Positions 46,308 to 57,368 of a stretch of DNA of 64,000 bases are shown piece by piece. This DNA comes from an uncultured virus (IMG/VR IMGVR_UViG_3300035162_003276) (lineage: Duplodnaviria; Heunggongvirae; Uroviricota; Caudoviricetes). Location: the IMG/VR virus record IMGVR_UViG_3300035162_003276; one strand, given 5' to 3'. A program made the translations under genes and the position numbers. Each line of letters begins with the position of its first letter. Positions within the stretch are counted from its first letter, which is position 1. The notes under the pieces are model-generated. The model had not been told where the DNA came from, searched no databases, and was given only the letters and a program-made list of their open reading frames with translations.

Positions 46308-49300
46308 ATGGCATACGATCAAAACCTTTTTAATATAGATCCTTATTACGACGACTTCAATGAGGACAAAAAGTTCCACCGTGTTCTTTTTAGGCCGGGT
46401 TATGCCGTCCAAGCAAGAGAACTAACTCAACTACAAACTGTTCTACAAAACCAAATTTCTAGATTCGGGGATCACATCTTCGAAGACGGTTCTAAGGTTT
46501 TTGGTGGTGAGATTTCTGTTCAGAACGGACAGTTCTTGCGGTGCAGTAAGGGACTAGACTTAGAAAATTTCATTGGGCACGAAATCACCCAAGTCAAATC
46601 AGGTGAAAACACACCTGTTTCTGCCAAGGTCGTACATGGAATTGGATCAGAATTAAGTGAGTCTGATGATTACGACATCTTACTCCTATCTCTGATTTCA
46701 GGAAGCACCTTCGAGTCAGGTGGGACGTTTGCTTCTTCGTTTGCAGGGGCGTCTCTGGACGGGGTGGTCGCCGAAATATCATCTACGGTTTCAGACGGAA
46801 CCTCTGTAGATGGTGTTCAGGGTAGAGCAAAACTAATTCAGGTAAGTGAAGGTATCTACTACACAGACGGGTACTTTGCCAAGAATGATCGTCAAGTTTC
46901 CACAATCTATTCTAAGAATGTAAATGGTGTGAGAGACTTCGATAATCCAACTGGGTCTGTTGGTTTTAATGTCATCAAAGAAATTATTGACGATGAAGAA
47001 GACACAACACTGAAGGATCCTGCATCCGGAACTTACAACTACAACGCACCGGGAGCAACTCGACTTAAAGTCGATCTTGATTTTGGTTTTACTACATCAA
47101 CTCCGGGTAAAGACTTTATCGAAATTGCTAAGTTCTCAAGTGGAGATGTGGAATATCAAAACATCTACAGTGATTATGCAGAACTAGAAGACACAATGGC
47201 AAGAAGAACCTACGACGAAAGTGGTTCTTATGTTGTGGACGCATTCGATGCAGAAATCAAAGAGCATCTTTCCGATGGTTCTAACCGAGGTGTGTTTACT
47301 GTAGCAGAAGGTGGATCAGCCGATAAACTTGCGGCAGTTCTCGATCCGGGTAAAGCATATGTGTTTGGGTATGAATTTGAAACTCAATCACCGACCGCCA
47401 TTGCTTTTAATAAGTCAAGAACAACATCCACTTCAGCAAACCAAAGAATACCACAAAGTCTTGGTAATGTGTTTAGAGTTGAAATAAATAACGACAATAA
47501 ACTTTATCATGATCTAATCGGACCCGGAACTAACGTGGTCGATTCTAGAGTTCAGATGTCTCTATTCAAGCAAATTGCTGCCAGTAACGTAAAAATTGCT
47601 GATCTAGAAATTCACAAAGTAAAAAACAACTCACTAACCGTAGCAGACCTTGATCTATATGCCACGAACGTGGATCTGAAAACATCAGAAACATTGAAGG
47701 ATGTTAAAGCAATTGTTGGGTCTGGTATTTACTTCCTAGTGCCAAGAACAGATGCTTCGAATCTCGATGTTCTCCCCGAAAGAAGAGCAAGAGCAATTGA
47801 TCTTACATTACCAAACTTCGATACTCTTCTATACGAACTACCACAAGGAAAGGTAGCAAAGTCCGTCAAGTCCCTTTCCTTCCTGTATCAAGAGAGACAT
47901 CAAGTTGAAATCTCAGCACTTTCATCTTCTCTTACCATACAGACAAAGACCAGTGACTCAAGTCACAAGTTCTACAACCCAGATGCAACAGGAACAAACA
48001 TTCTTGTAAACCCGTTGCAACACTACGCCGTTTATTATACTGCGGATGGTCAAAACTTCACTAGATTCAATGAGAGCATTGAGTCTGGATTGAATTTCAC
48101 AATAACCACAGAGAATCCACAATCACTCACAATAACAGGTCTGCCTGTTTCTGGTGGTGTCGGGACAACCGATACTGTCACTTACATTGTGGTGGCAACG
48201 GTAGAAGTGGACGATGATGCGGGATCGACCGTAACATCTCCAACTATCAGAACAAAGACTCTCACCACAATCAGCGATGAAGTAGTTGATGAATACCGCA
48301 CGGACGAAAATGGCGATAGGTACATTCAACTTTCAAACTACGATGTTTACGATGTTGTTTCTACCACAGGCATAACTGCGGCAGACTTTGGATTCGATGA
48401 CGGTCAGAGAGAATCGTTCTATGATTATGGAAGATTGTACTTCCAAGAAAATCTGTCAAACTATTTTGACGATCTAGATACAGAAAATGAATCGCTCAAG
48501 GAAGACCTTGGCATTGAAGTAACATACAGACACTTTGCTCACGGCGGTGGGCCGGGTCCATTCACCGTTGACTCTTACACCAACAGTGGACTTGCTTACG
48601 AAAGCATCCCTCTGTTTGCCAGTAAAGAACTAAACAAAACTCTGTCTCTCGTTTCATGTGTAGACTTTAGACACAGCGGAACATCCGAGGATGGTGACTC
48701 TGGTGCTGTTATTCCAGACAACAGCAACATCAGTGTGAAGGAAAGTCACGAATACTACGAGTCAAGAATCGACAAGTTAGTTCTTCGACGATTTAGTGGT
48801 GGTGATGAAGTAGACTTCGAGGTCATCGAAGGTGTGCCGGGTCTTGTTCCAGAGGAACCAGATGACAGATTTGATGCAATGACATTGTATTCATTTGTTG
48901 TTCCTCCATACACCCACAACCCAAATGATGTGAAGGTAAATCCAAACAATAACTTCAGATATACGATGAAGGACATCGGCAAAGTTGACAAGAGAGTTGA
49001 AACACTTGAATACTTCTCTAAACTTTCTCTACTTGAGCGAGAGATTGAGTCGAAGACAATCAACAAGATATCTCCAGCTGGAAACAGCGGAACAAAGACA
49101 GGCATCTTGGTCGATTCTTTCCTTGGGCACAGCATAGGAAATGTACAGTCACCAAGATACAATGTTTCGGTTGATTACGAAAACCAAATCTGTAGGAACG
49201 GGTTTGTTTCAGAGAATGTTTCATTCGGTGTAGACGATGCCATAATCAGTGGAAACTTAACACTCTCAACTGATAACATCCTACACTTAACTCCAACTGA

Positions 49301-51335
49301 AACTTCACTGATAGACAATTCAGTTTCAAGTTCTACTGAAAATGTAAACAAGTTTAATCTGTCGAACTGGATAGGTGGTATTGAACTAACACCACAAACA
49401 GACGACTGGTTTGATGATGGATACAGACCAATTGTCAAGTTCAACCAGCGCGGAGAAAACGACAACTGGTTGGTGAACAACTACGATAGTAGTCTTGGAT
49501 TTGGTACTAGATGGAATGATTGGGAGACGACTTGGTTCGGTATTGAGGATCAGATTGAAACTCTGGTTCAGAGTGCTGGCAAAAGATTCCTCGAATCACC
49601 AAGAATCAAAAACAAAGTTGATATCATCACTCCACTAACAGAAACGAACACTTCGTTTGTGACATCATCAACAGAAACAACATCACAACGAAACACAGGA
49701 TTCGGACTAACACTGACCTCTGCTTCGAATGCGTTGCTCAAGAAGATCAACAACAAGATTGTTGATGCTAGTATCGCACCGTTCATGAGGTCGAAGACTG
49801 TTTCAGTTGAGGCATCTAATCTCAAGCCAAACACAAGGGTATACCCATTCTTTGATGGTGTGGACGTTGCAAGCAACTGTGGACCATCTGGCGGAACCCT
49901 CGGTGGTGAGATCAATACCGACTCACTGGGACGGGCATACCTAGATTTCACCATTCCAGTCGGTACTTTTACTACTGGATCGAGAATCTTCAGACTGATT
50001 GACTCACCATCAAACTCGATTAGTGATGCAGAAACATCAGCCGATGGCATGTTCCATGCGACCGGGGCGAAGAAAACAGAAGACACAAACTACACTTCTG
50101 TTAGACCGGCAATTAGAAGAAGACAGTCCGCAGATTCAGAAAAAGTTGTTGGTGATCCAGCAACAAGATCAAACCGATTTAACTCGGGGTCAAATGTTCA
50201 GTGGAGTGATCCTCTAGCACAAATTTTCACGGTCGGCCCACAAGACTATCCTGATGGATTGTTCCTGCACAATGTCGAACTGTTCTTTGCTACAAAGTCA
50301 GAATCCCTACCAGTCACACTTCAAATCAGACCACTTTCAACCAGTGGCAGACCTTCATCCTCGACTATTCTCCCGTTCTCGGAAGTAATAAAGAATCCAA
50401 ACGAAGTGACTGCTCTCGAAGGTGGAAGAGGTGGAGCAACGAGGTTTGAATTTACGACACCAGTCTTCTTGCAACCCGGCAACTACGCCGTAGTCGTGGT
50501 GAGTAATTCAGATGACTACACGATATACACAGCAGACAATGGATTGTCTGATGATATCACAGGAAATAAAATTCAGTCATCTGCCAACATGGGTTCACTT
50601 TACATTCCACAGAATTACGGTGAGATTTTACCAAGCAAGTCAAGGAAGATGTCGATCAAGATTAACAAGTGTGCGTTCTCAACATCAGGAACAATTCAAG
50701 TATTCTCCAATGAAGTGTCATCTGACATCAACGCAGATTACATGAGGGTCAACTCATCCGAGTTCCGGCCGAGAGGATGTGATATCACTAACTTGGTCTC
50801 CTTTGGTTTGAATTCTTTCACTGCTAAGTCAAACAAGAACAGAGAACTTTCTTCTAGACAAGTGGTTTACTCATCACCATCAAATGACCAAATTCAAAAG
50901 AACACGATCACACTTGAGTCGAATAATACAGTCAAGTCTCCTATGGTTGACATGGACTCATATTCAGTGAACGCTACATCAAACAGAGACACCTCCACAT
51001 ACATAACCAGACAGGTTACTCTCGACACACCATCGAAGGAAATCCATGTCTTTGTGGACCAGAACTATGGCGGAACCATTTCTTCTGTTCGTGCGAGAGC
51101 ATTGAACACTTCTGATACAGTTACTTCTATGGAGAACGCTCCTACGTTCACGATGAATCTAATCGAAGGGGAAGACTCGGAAAGTCCAGTCGTGTTTAAA
51201 GAGCGACACTACGGACTCAACATTCCCACTCCATTCGACAAGTTCGTTGTAGAAATTGATTTCGAGACACTGGATCTCAACGATAAGAAACTACCAGTGG
51301 AAATCAAAGACTTCCGTGTGGTAACTTTACTATGA
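46308..51335 (+). CDS. large virion structural protein (DUF4815-like)
   Basis: NIDPYYDDF...FHRVLFRPG.AVQARELTQLQ..LQNQ; ARRTYDESGSY; RYTMKDIG; DPLAQ.F. Confidence 0.9.
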   Translation: MAYDQNLFNIDPYYDDFNEDKKFHRVLFRPGYAVQARELTQLQTVLQNQISRFGDHIFEDGSKVFGGEISVQNGQFLRCSKGLDLENFIGHEITQVKSGENTPVSAKVVHGIGSELSESDDYDILLLSLISGSTFESGGTFASSFAGASLDGVVAEISSTVSDGTSVDGVQGRAKLIQVSEGIYYTDGYFAKNDRQVSTIYSKNVNGVRDFDNPTGSVGFNVIKEIIDDEEDTTLKDPASGTYNYNAPGATRLKVDLDFGFTTSTPGKDFIEIAKFSSGDVEYQNIYSDYAELEDTMARRTYDESGSYVVDAFDAEIKEHLSDGSNRGVFTVAEGGSADKLAAVLDPGKAYVFGYEFETQSPTAIAFNKSRTTSTSANQRIPQSLGNVFRVEINNDNKLYHDLIGPGTNVVDSRVQMSLFKQIAASNVKIADLEIHKVKNNSLTVADLDLYATNVDLKTSETLKDVKAIVGSGIYFLVPRTDASNLDVLPERRARAIDLTLPNFDTLLYELPQGKVAKSVKSLSFLYQERHQVEISALSSSLTIQTKTSDSSHKFYNPDATGTNILVNPLQHYAVYYTADGQNFTRFNESIESGLNFTITTENPQSLTITGLPVSGGVGTTDTVTYIVVATVEVDDDAGSTVTSPTIRTKTLTTISDEVVDEYRTDENGDRYIQLSNYDVYDVVSTTGITAADFGFDDGQRESFYDYGRLYFQENLSNYFDDLDTENESLKEDLGIEVTYRHFAHGGGPGPFTVDSYTNSGLAYESIPLFASKELNKTLSLVSCVDFRHSGTSEDGDSGAVIPDNSNISVKESHEYYESRIDKLVLRRFSGGDEVDFEVIEGVPGLVPEEPDDRFDAMTLYSFVVPPYTHNPNDVKVNPNNNFRYTMKDIGKVDKRVETLEYFSKLSLLEREIESKTINKISPAGNSGTKTGILVDSFLGHSIGNVQSPRYNVSVDYENQICRNGFVSENVSFGVDDAIISGNLTLSTDNILHLTPTETSLIDNSVSSSTENVNKFNLSNWIGGIELTPQTDDWFDDGYRPIVKFNQRGENDNWLVNNYDSSLGFGTRWNDWETTWFGIEDQIETLVQSAGKRFLESPRIKNKVDIITPLTETNTSFVTSSTETTSQRNTGFGLTLTSASNALLKKINNKIVDASIAPFMRSKTVSVEASNLKPNTRVYPFFDGVDVASNCGPSGGTLGGEINTDSLGRAYLDFTIPVGTFTTGSRIFRLIDSPSNSISDAETSADGMFHATGAKKTEDTNYTSVRPAIRRRQSADSEKVVGDPATRSNRFNSGSNVQWSDPLAQIFTVGPQDYPDGLFLHNVELFFATKSESLPVTLQIRPLSTSGRPSSSTILPFSEVIKNPNEVTALEGGRGGATRFEFTTPVFLQPGNYAVVVVSNSDDYTIYTADNGLSDDITGNKIQSSANMGSLYIPQNYGEILPSKSRKMSIKINKCAFSTSGTIQVFSNEVSSDINADYMRVNSSEFRPRGCDITNLVSFGLNSFTAKSNKNRELSSRQVVYSSPSNDQIQKNTITLESNNTVKSPMVDMDSYSVNATSNRDTSTYITRQVTLDTPSKEIHVFVDQNYGGTISSVRARALNTSDTVTSMENAPTFTMNLIEGEDSESPVVFKERHYGLNIPTPFDKFVVEIDFETLDLNDKKLPVEIKDFRVVTLL

Positions 51336-51505
51336 GAGTAAAATGTGAAAATTCTGATTATGAAAGAGATGAGTTGGGTGCGTTGATACTTGTCAACCAA
51401 GAGAAAATAAACTTGGCAAAAGAAAATCAACAACTAAAAACTGATATAAATAATCTGAGAGAAGAAGTACAAAATATCAAAAAGATTCTTGGAGTTGAGA
51501 GTTAA
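51332..51505 (+). CDS. 57-aa coiled-coil protein
   Basis: YERDELGALI...coiled coil; overlaps both neighbours (ATGA, TAATG). Confidence 0.7.
   Translation: MRVKCENSDYERDELGALILVNQEKINLAKENQQLKTDINNLREEVQNIKKILGVES
51445..51452 (+). promoter_or_regulatory. T4-type late promoter
   Basis: TATAAATA upstream of the fibre genes. Confidence 0.6.
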
Positions 51506-54500
51506 TGTCAACCGGACCACAATTTAACACATACATCGTACCAGATGTTGCAATTGGTGATACCTTCCAAGAGTGGAGAAACATCACCAACAATGACATC
51601 ATTGATAAACTCAATAGACTAAAGGTATACGTTGGCGCATCAGGCGATGGTGCGTCTGTTGGCGTTGCTACTGACGGAACTTTGACTATTGAACACAGCG
51701 GATTTGTTCAGAAGGGCGTGACCTTTGGTTCGGATGTCACGATCCTTGGACAGATGACTACTGTTCACTCTAACAATGTTTTAATCAATGACTATAATTT
51801 AGTTCTTGGTTCTACTGGGGTAGGAGGAACTAACGACGCAGGAATCTCTGGCCAGGGTGGTGGTGGACTTATCATCACCAGACTAGACGGAGCAAGTGCT
51901 GAGTGGTTATGGTTCCCATATCAAATATGCGGATCAACAGGTGCATGGCAGTCGTCCGACCACATTAGATTCAATGACAACAGGGGTTTGGTTGTTTCTG
52001 ATACAGGAAACATGCCGATCTTTTCTAGTGGTGCCTCTTGTGAGAGATTAAACTTCTCCTTCGCCGATCCAGCAGATGGACACACCTATGATGTGGTCAG
52101 ACTTTCTTATCAGAGTGAGGGCGTCAGTTCTCTACCAGCAATTGAAGTTGATGACACTTCATTCACAACTATCTACAATGGTGCAAACAGAAAAAGAGTA
52201 ACACAATCATCTCACGGATTTACTTTTGGTCAAGCACTGTCACCGTGGCACGAAGGTGGATTTACTCTTGCCAAGGCAACTTCTAAACAAGAAGCAGAAG
52301 CAATTGGAATCATCTCTGAAATCGTGGACGACAATACGTTTGACCTCACGTTCCAAGGTGAAGTCCGAGGTAACTTCTCCGGTGTCGTTGACATGGCGAC
52401 ACAAGGTGACACACTAGGAAATGGATTTGCTTACTTCTTGTCAGGAAGAACTGCGGGTAACTTAACAACCGCACCTCCATCCGAAGCACAGGTTGGATTT
52501 GTTCGCAAGCCAATGTTCGTTGGTCTGGAAGGTGATCGGGCACTTGTCACAAACTACATCGGCGGTGAGATTGCAGAAGCAATCGAAACCTCAGTAGTTG
52601 CACAAGGAAACAGAAAACTTATCCTACAATCAAACCACGGTTTCAAAGTGGGCGATGCGATTAGATATGCAGCAGGAATCACATCTGCGGAAGATGCAAA
52701 CGGTTCCTACGTCAAGGCAGAAAATAACAACACAGTCAGTGCAGAAACTATTGGACTTGTCAGTGAGGTAGTTTCTGGTTCGCCGTCCAACAAATTCTAT
52801 GTGACCACACAGGGATTTGCTGATCTTTCTGACGGAGAGCAAAGATTTAGTCCGGGAAGTGTATACTTCCTGTCGAGCAATTCAGCAGGAACAACAGCAG
52901 CAACGAGTTTGACAACTTCCATTCCGGAAACATTAAACCAAGTCAAGAAGCCAATGTTCATTGCAACGGCACCTGCGTCTGGTTTGATTCTGCACTATGT
53001 TGGTAGAGTCATCACACCGAATGAAAATGACGGTGATGGTGAACTAGATTCTCTTATCGGTAAGACTTTTGTTCCAAATGAACAAACTATTCCGATGATC
53101 CGAAGAAGAAACTCCGATTCATCTGACTTGACATATCTCTGTCCCGGTACAGACTTTGATTTCCAATGGAAATCTTCTTCTTCTTTGACTGAATATGAGA
53201 AGTTTTCAATTCACTTAGGCCAAACAACAGAGACACAAGAAACTTTCTATGGCGAAAAGCGTTTTGAGACCGCATCATCTTCACCGTACAGATACAATTC
53301 AACGATGGAGATTCCAAACGGTGCAACTCACGTTATATACAGCGTAACAGTAAACACAAACCAAGACCGATTCATTGGTGGTGTTTTCTCGGGCGAACCA
53401 ACACCAAACTATCCATTCGATTTTGATAACAGAGATAACCTTTGTGGTTGGTTGGATTCGGACAGCTCAGATGACGGAGCCGACATAGCGTTTACAAAAG
53501 TCGTGCCGATCAATAGGGAAAACCCAAACGGTCACATTGGAGTTTCTTTCTCCAAACCAACAGCCTCCGGTGCAGATAACAATCAGATAAACATGTTTGT
53601 TCGTGTTTTAGGTTTCTACATCAGCGACACAAATGTTCTAGTTCCAACCACTCCCGGATCACAGGGTTCCAGAAATCTTCTTGTGAACGGAAACTTTGAT
53701 CTGTGGCAAAGAGGTAAGACTTCGTTTACACCAACAGATGGAATCACCTTTGGTGCTGATAGATGGAGATCGAATTTCAATACAGACGGAGATTCTGTAA
53801 TTGATGGAACCTACGCAAGAGGCGTCTTTGATGAGTCCCAGAAAGTTGTTCCCGGATTCCCAGAATTCTATCTACAATTCAAGGGAAATTATACAGGAAC
53901 AACGGGAGCAAATGATTTAATCGCACTGGAACAACCGATCGAAGATGCCAGATCAGCAATGGACAAATTTGTCACTGTTTCTGTATGGGCGAAGGGTTCT
54001 GTGGCTGGTCGCACAAGATGCAGAATGACACAAAACTTCCAGTCAACATCAACGAACAAATCATACCACATGGGATTCATGGACATCTCAACTGGATGGA
54101 AGCAGTATGTCTTTACAAAGAAGTTAGGAACTGTGCCTGCCGGTGGTACGTTTGGTGACTCCGCGTTCTTAAACTTTGCAATCGACACGACCTTCCACCC
54201 AGAAAGCACATACAGTGGAATCGGTCTCACACAAGATAGCAACTTCGGTGACAGTGTTGATTATAACGGTGTTATATCAGTAGCACAGGTTCAGGTTGTT
54301 GAAGGAAGAACCGTGCCAACTTTCCAGCGTGCTGCTAAGGGTGACGAACTACAAAGAGCAAACAGATTCTTCTCGTCCTCATATGATTTAGGTACAAACC
54401 CCGGATCAGTAGCAGGAGCGAAGTGTTCTCATCACGACAACTCCGTGAGTCCTACTTTCCATGTAAATGAATTCTACCCAACAATAATGAGGTCTGTACC

Positions 54501-54729
54501 ATCTGTCACAATATATGACCCAGATGGAACAGTTGGTCAATACAATTGTGGATCGGGGGCGGTGACGAGAACAAGTAGTCTGAATGATCTGAACGGTGTG
54601 AAAGTCCCAGTGACCACGGTCCAGACATCAACCACCGCAATTAGACAAATAAATACTACCGACCCCGTAGGGTTCTTTGTCTTGGGACAATTCCAATACA
54701 CAGCAGATGCAGAAATATACACAGACTGA
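51505..54729 (+). CDS. tail fibre / baseplate-fibre connector protein
   Basis: DTFQEWR..TN N-terminus; two HGF..G...AKA...AE.IG domains; RNLLVNGNFDLWQRG domain. Confidence 0.75.
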   Translation: MSTGPQFNTYIVPDVAIGDTFQEWRNITNNDIIDKLNRLKVYVGASGDGASVGVATDGTLTIEHSGFVQKGVTFGSDVTILGQMTTVHSNNVLINDYNLVLGSTGVGGTNDAGISGQGGGGLIITRLDGASAEWLWFPYQICGSTGAWQSSDHIRFNDNRGLVVSDTGNMPIFSSGASCERLNFSFADPADGHTYDVVRLSYQSEGVSSLPAIEVDDTSFTTIYNGANRKRVTQSSHGFTFGQALSPWHEGGFTLAKATSKQEAEAIGIISEIVDDNTFDLTFQGEVRGNFSGVVDMATQGDTLGNGFAYFLSGRTAGNLTTAPPSEAQVGFVRKPMFVGLEGDRALVTNYIGGEIAEAIETSVVAQGNRKLILQSNHGFKVGDAIRYAAGITSAEDANGSYVKAENNNTVSAETIGLVSEVVSGSPSNKFYVTTQGFADLSDGEQRFSPGSVYFLSSNSAGTTAATSLTTSIPETLNQVKKPMFIATAPASGLILHYVGRVITPNENDGDGELDSLIGKTFVPNEQTIPMIRRRNSDSSDLTYLCPGTDFDFQWKSSSSLTEYEKFSIHLGQTTETQETFYGEKRFETASSSPYRYNSTMEIPNGATHVIYSVTVNTNQDRFIGGVFSGEPTPNYPFDFDNRDNLCGWLDSDSSDDGADIAFTKVVPINRENPNGHIGVSFSKPTASGADNNQINMFVRVLGFYISDTNVLVPTTPGSQGSRNLLVNGNFDLWQRGKTSFTPTDGITFGADRWRSNFNTDGDSVIDGTYARGVFDESQKVVPGFPEFYLQFKGNYTGTTGANDLIALEQPIEDARSAMDKFVTVSVWAKGSVAGRTRCRMTQNFQSTSTNKSYHMGFMDISTGWKQYVFTKKLGTVPAGGTFGDSAFLNFAIDTTFHPESTYSGIGLTQDSNFGDSVDYNGVISVAQVQVVEGRTVPTFQRAAKGDELQRANRFFSSSYDLGTNPGSVAGAKCSHHDNSVSPTFHVNEFYPTIMRSVPSVTIYDPDGTVGQYNCGSGAVTRTSSLNDLNGVKVPVTTVQTSTTAIRQINTTDPVGFFVLGQFQYTADAEIYTD

Positions 54730-54737
54730 GGAACTAA

Positions 54738-57365
54738 ATGAGTTATAGCGCATTCAAACTTCAGGTAGCAGCAGCGGATGGTAAGTCCATCCGTAATACT
54801 ATCACCCAAGGATCACACGGATTTGTTTCCGGAAATGTTCTTCGGTATGTTTTTAGTCCAGAAAGTCAGCAAGGGTTTACTCTTGCTGTCGCAGACACAC
54901 CAGAAAACGCTGAAGTTGTAGGTGTCGTTGAAAGTGTAGTTGATGACAGTCAGTTTGTTCTTGTCTACTCGGGTGAACTTGATCTTTCGACACTAAGTTT
55001 CGTTGATACAGACGGAGTGTACTTCCTTTCACCGACGAGTAGAGGTCAACTGACGACAGAACCACCAACTTCAGGTGGTGCTGTAATTAAACCAGTGCTA
55101 ACTCGTATCGACGATGATACCGCAATCGTAACAAACTATCTTGGTACGGTCATCGGTGGTCAGTCAACAGTAAGTCTAGATGAAGTTCAACCAGCCGGAG
55201 TCATCGCTCCATACATTGGCGGGACAGAAACAATACCCAACAACTGGGGTTTGTGTGATGGATCGTTTTATGACAGATACAAGTACCCCGACCTTTTTCA
55301 GAAAGTCGGAAAGAAATATGGATTCAGACAAGATTTAATAATTGAGTCCACAGTCAACTCGGTGAGTATAACTCTAGATGAAACTTTAGTTGGTGGTAAA
55401 GTTGTCGCAACCCGTGATGTAGATGGAAGCACAATTCAGATAGAGGGTTCGATTGTTTCTGCTTCAGATGGCGATAAAAAGTTATCTGTCAATGTAGATT
55501 CATATACACAGTCGGGAGTGGGTGCAGGTGACCAATCTGTACAATATCCAGCCGATGCAGTTTATGAGTTTTCAGTAAACGATCAAGTAGCAATATTCGA
55601 TCAGGGTGGATCTAGAGTTTTCCAACTTGCAGTTCCACAAGTAATGCAGTCAAACGTAACTCACTTGCAAGTTCCTGATCTTAGAGGAAGAAGCATTCTA
55701 GGTTCGAGTGATTCGCTTACGAATGCAATCACGCTAACTTACCCATTGGGACAGGTCGGTGGCGACGAAGAGACTTCGATGTTCTTGGGTAACCTACCCC
55801 CACACTCGCACGCATTGTCAGAAGCGAACATAAATGCACAGACAAATGTATCACTGCAAGGTGATGTGCGATTGCCAACAGAAATTCCACTGAAGTCAAC
55901 CACTGGTCTGCGAACAGAAGACCACCATCACTATATTGCAAACGGCCGCGAAGGTGGTGCAATTGGTGGGTCATCGGCGATCTGGAGATCGGCGAATAGA
56001 AACAAAACAATTACAGCAACAGATGGCAGTGGTGCTGGTACTGACGGCAACAATGTTAACTTTGAGTATGCACTCTCAGCAACAAATGATCCTGCTGTTT
56101 CCGGTAAGTCATCGGTCGAAGATCCAAGGGTTGTTGGTAACCTAAGAATTCAAGATCGAACACTCACAAATTCACTTTCAATTCAGAACGGTGGATTGAA
56201 CGCAGAACTGGAAGGTAGTACCAATACAGTTGGTGGTGGTCAACCAGTCGGTAACCTCCAACCATATATGGCACTGCACTGGATTATTCGACTAACTGCA
56301 TATCAAAAAGCAGCACTCGTTGACTTAGACATCTCAACAGTTACGACTTTCAGTTCTCCAGTCTCGTTCAACGGTGGACTGACTGGAACAGCAATTGATA
56401 TCAGTGGAAAGTCTGGATTCTCTGGTGGTGTTACATTCGGTGCAGAAGGTGTTGACATTATAGGAAGACTTGATGTCGCAGGTGGCATCACCAGTTCGAC
56501 ACTAAACGTCACTGGATATGCTGAGTTTGATTCTGGTGTAACACTAGACGGAAGACTTGATGTCATCGGAGCGTCAACCTTTACAGGTGAAATGTCGGGC
56601 GTCGATCTTACAATGTCCGGAGTATCCACTCTTGCTGGACTGACATCATCATCTCTCGATGTAACAGGTGTCGCAGACTTCGCTGGTGGTGTGACTGCAA
56701 GTTCTCTCGATGTAACAGGTGTCGCAGACTTCGCTGGTGGCGTAACTGCGAGTTCCTTGGATGTAATCGGTAGAGTTGACTTTGCGGTTGGTGTTACGAT
56801 AGACGGCAGACTGGACCTCGCAGGAGTCGGTGACTTTGCTGGTGGAATCACAGCATCAGTTGCAGATGTCACAGGACCACTCAGAGCAAACGCAGGACTC
56901 ACAGCATCTGCACTCGATGTCACTGGAGTGTCAGACTTTGCAGGTGGCGTGACAGCAGACACACTAGATGTCTCGGGTATCTCAAGACTCACCGCCTTAA
57001 CAATGAAGGGCACGGGTGTTTCGATCCTCAAGGGGACAACAGCAGAAACACTCGATGTCAGTGGAGTGTCAGACTTTGCAGGTGGCGTGACAGCAGACAC
57101 ACTAGATGTCTCGGGTATCTCAAGACTCACCGCCTTAACAATGAAGGGCACGGGTGTTTCGATCCTCAAGGGGACAACAGCAGAAACACTCGATGTCAGT
57201 GGCGAAGCAAGATTCGCTGCTAACCCACTCATCTCAACTTCTGATGCACCGGCGGCCGCAGGGTCATCGGGTAAGGTTGGTGAAATAGCATGGGATAGTA
57301 CACATCTTTACATCTGTGTCGCGGCTAACACATGGAAACGAGTAGAAATTTCAACTTGGAGTTGA
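54738..57365 (+). CDS. tail fibre protein with tail-collar domain
   Basis: PAGVI..Y...P.NW.LCDG...YPDLF; VPDLRGR; NLQPY..L.WII; LDV.G..DFAGGVTA repeats. Confidence 0.85.
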   Translation: MSYSAFKLQVAAADGKSIRNTITQGSHGFVSGNVLRYVFSPESQQGFTLAVADTPENAEVVGVVESVVDDSQFVLVYSGELDLSTLSFVDTDGVYFLSPTSRGQLTTEPPTSGGAVIKPVLTRIDDDTAIVTNYLGTVIGGQSTVSLDEVQPAGVIAPYIGGTETIPNNWGLCDGSFYDRYKYPDLFQKVGKKYGFRQDLIIESTVNSVSITLDETLVGGKVVATRDVDGSTIQIEGSIVSASDGDKKLSVNVDSYTQSGVGAGDQSVQYPADAVYEFSVNDQVAIFDQGGSRVFQLAVPQVMQSNVTHLQVPDLRGRSILGSSDSLTNAITLTYPLGQVGGDEETSMFLGNLPPHSHALSEANINAQTNVSLQGDVRLPTEIPLKSTTGLRTEDHHHYIANGREGGAIGGSSAIWRSANRNKTITATDGSGAGTDGNNVNFEYALSATNDPAVSGKSSVEDPRVVGNLRIQDRTLTNSLSIQNGGLNAELEGSTNTVGGGQPVGNLQPYMALHWIIRLTAYQKAALVDLDISTVTTFSSPVSFNGGLTGTAIDISGKSGFSGGVTFGAEGVDIIGRLDVAGGITSSTLNVTGYAEFDSGVTLDGRLDVIGASTFTGEMSGVDLTMSGVSTLAGLTSSSLDVTGVADFAGGVTASSLDVTGVADFAGGVTASSLDVIGRVDFAVGVTIDGRLDLAGVGDFAGGITASVADVTGPLRANAGLTASALDVTGVSDFAGGVTADTLDVSGISRLTALTMKGTGVSILKGTTAETLDVSGVSDFAGGVTADTLDVSGISRLTALTMKGTGVSILKGTTAETLDVSGEARFAANPLISTSDAPAAAGSSGKVGEIAWDSTHLYICVAANTWKRVEISTWS
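56651..56765 (+). repeat. 51-bp (17-aa) near-identical tandem repeats
   Basis: TCTCTCGATGTAACAGGTGTCGCAGACTTCGCTGGTGG twice. Confidence 0.85.
56911..57202 (+). repeat. 138-bp (46-aa) near-perfect tandem repeat, ~2.1 copies
   Basis: Units start CACTCGATGTCA at 56911, 57049 and 57187. Confidence 0.95.
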
Positions 57366-57368
57366 TGA

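Noticed and set aside
56911..57202. CRISPR-like array
   Set aside because: Contiguous in-frame coding repeats with no unique spacers
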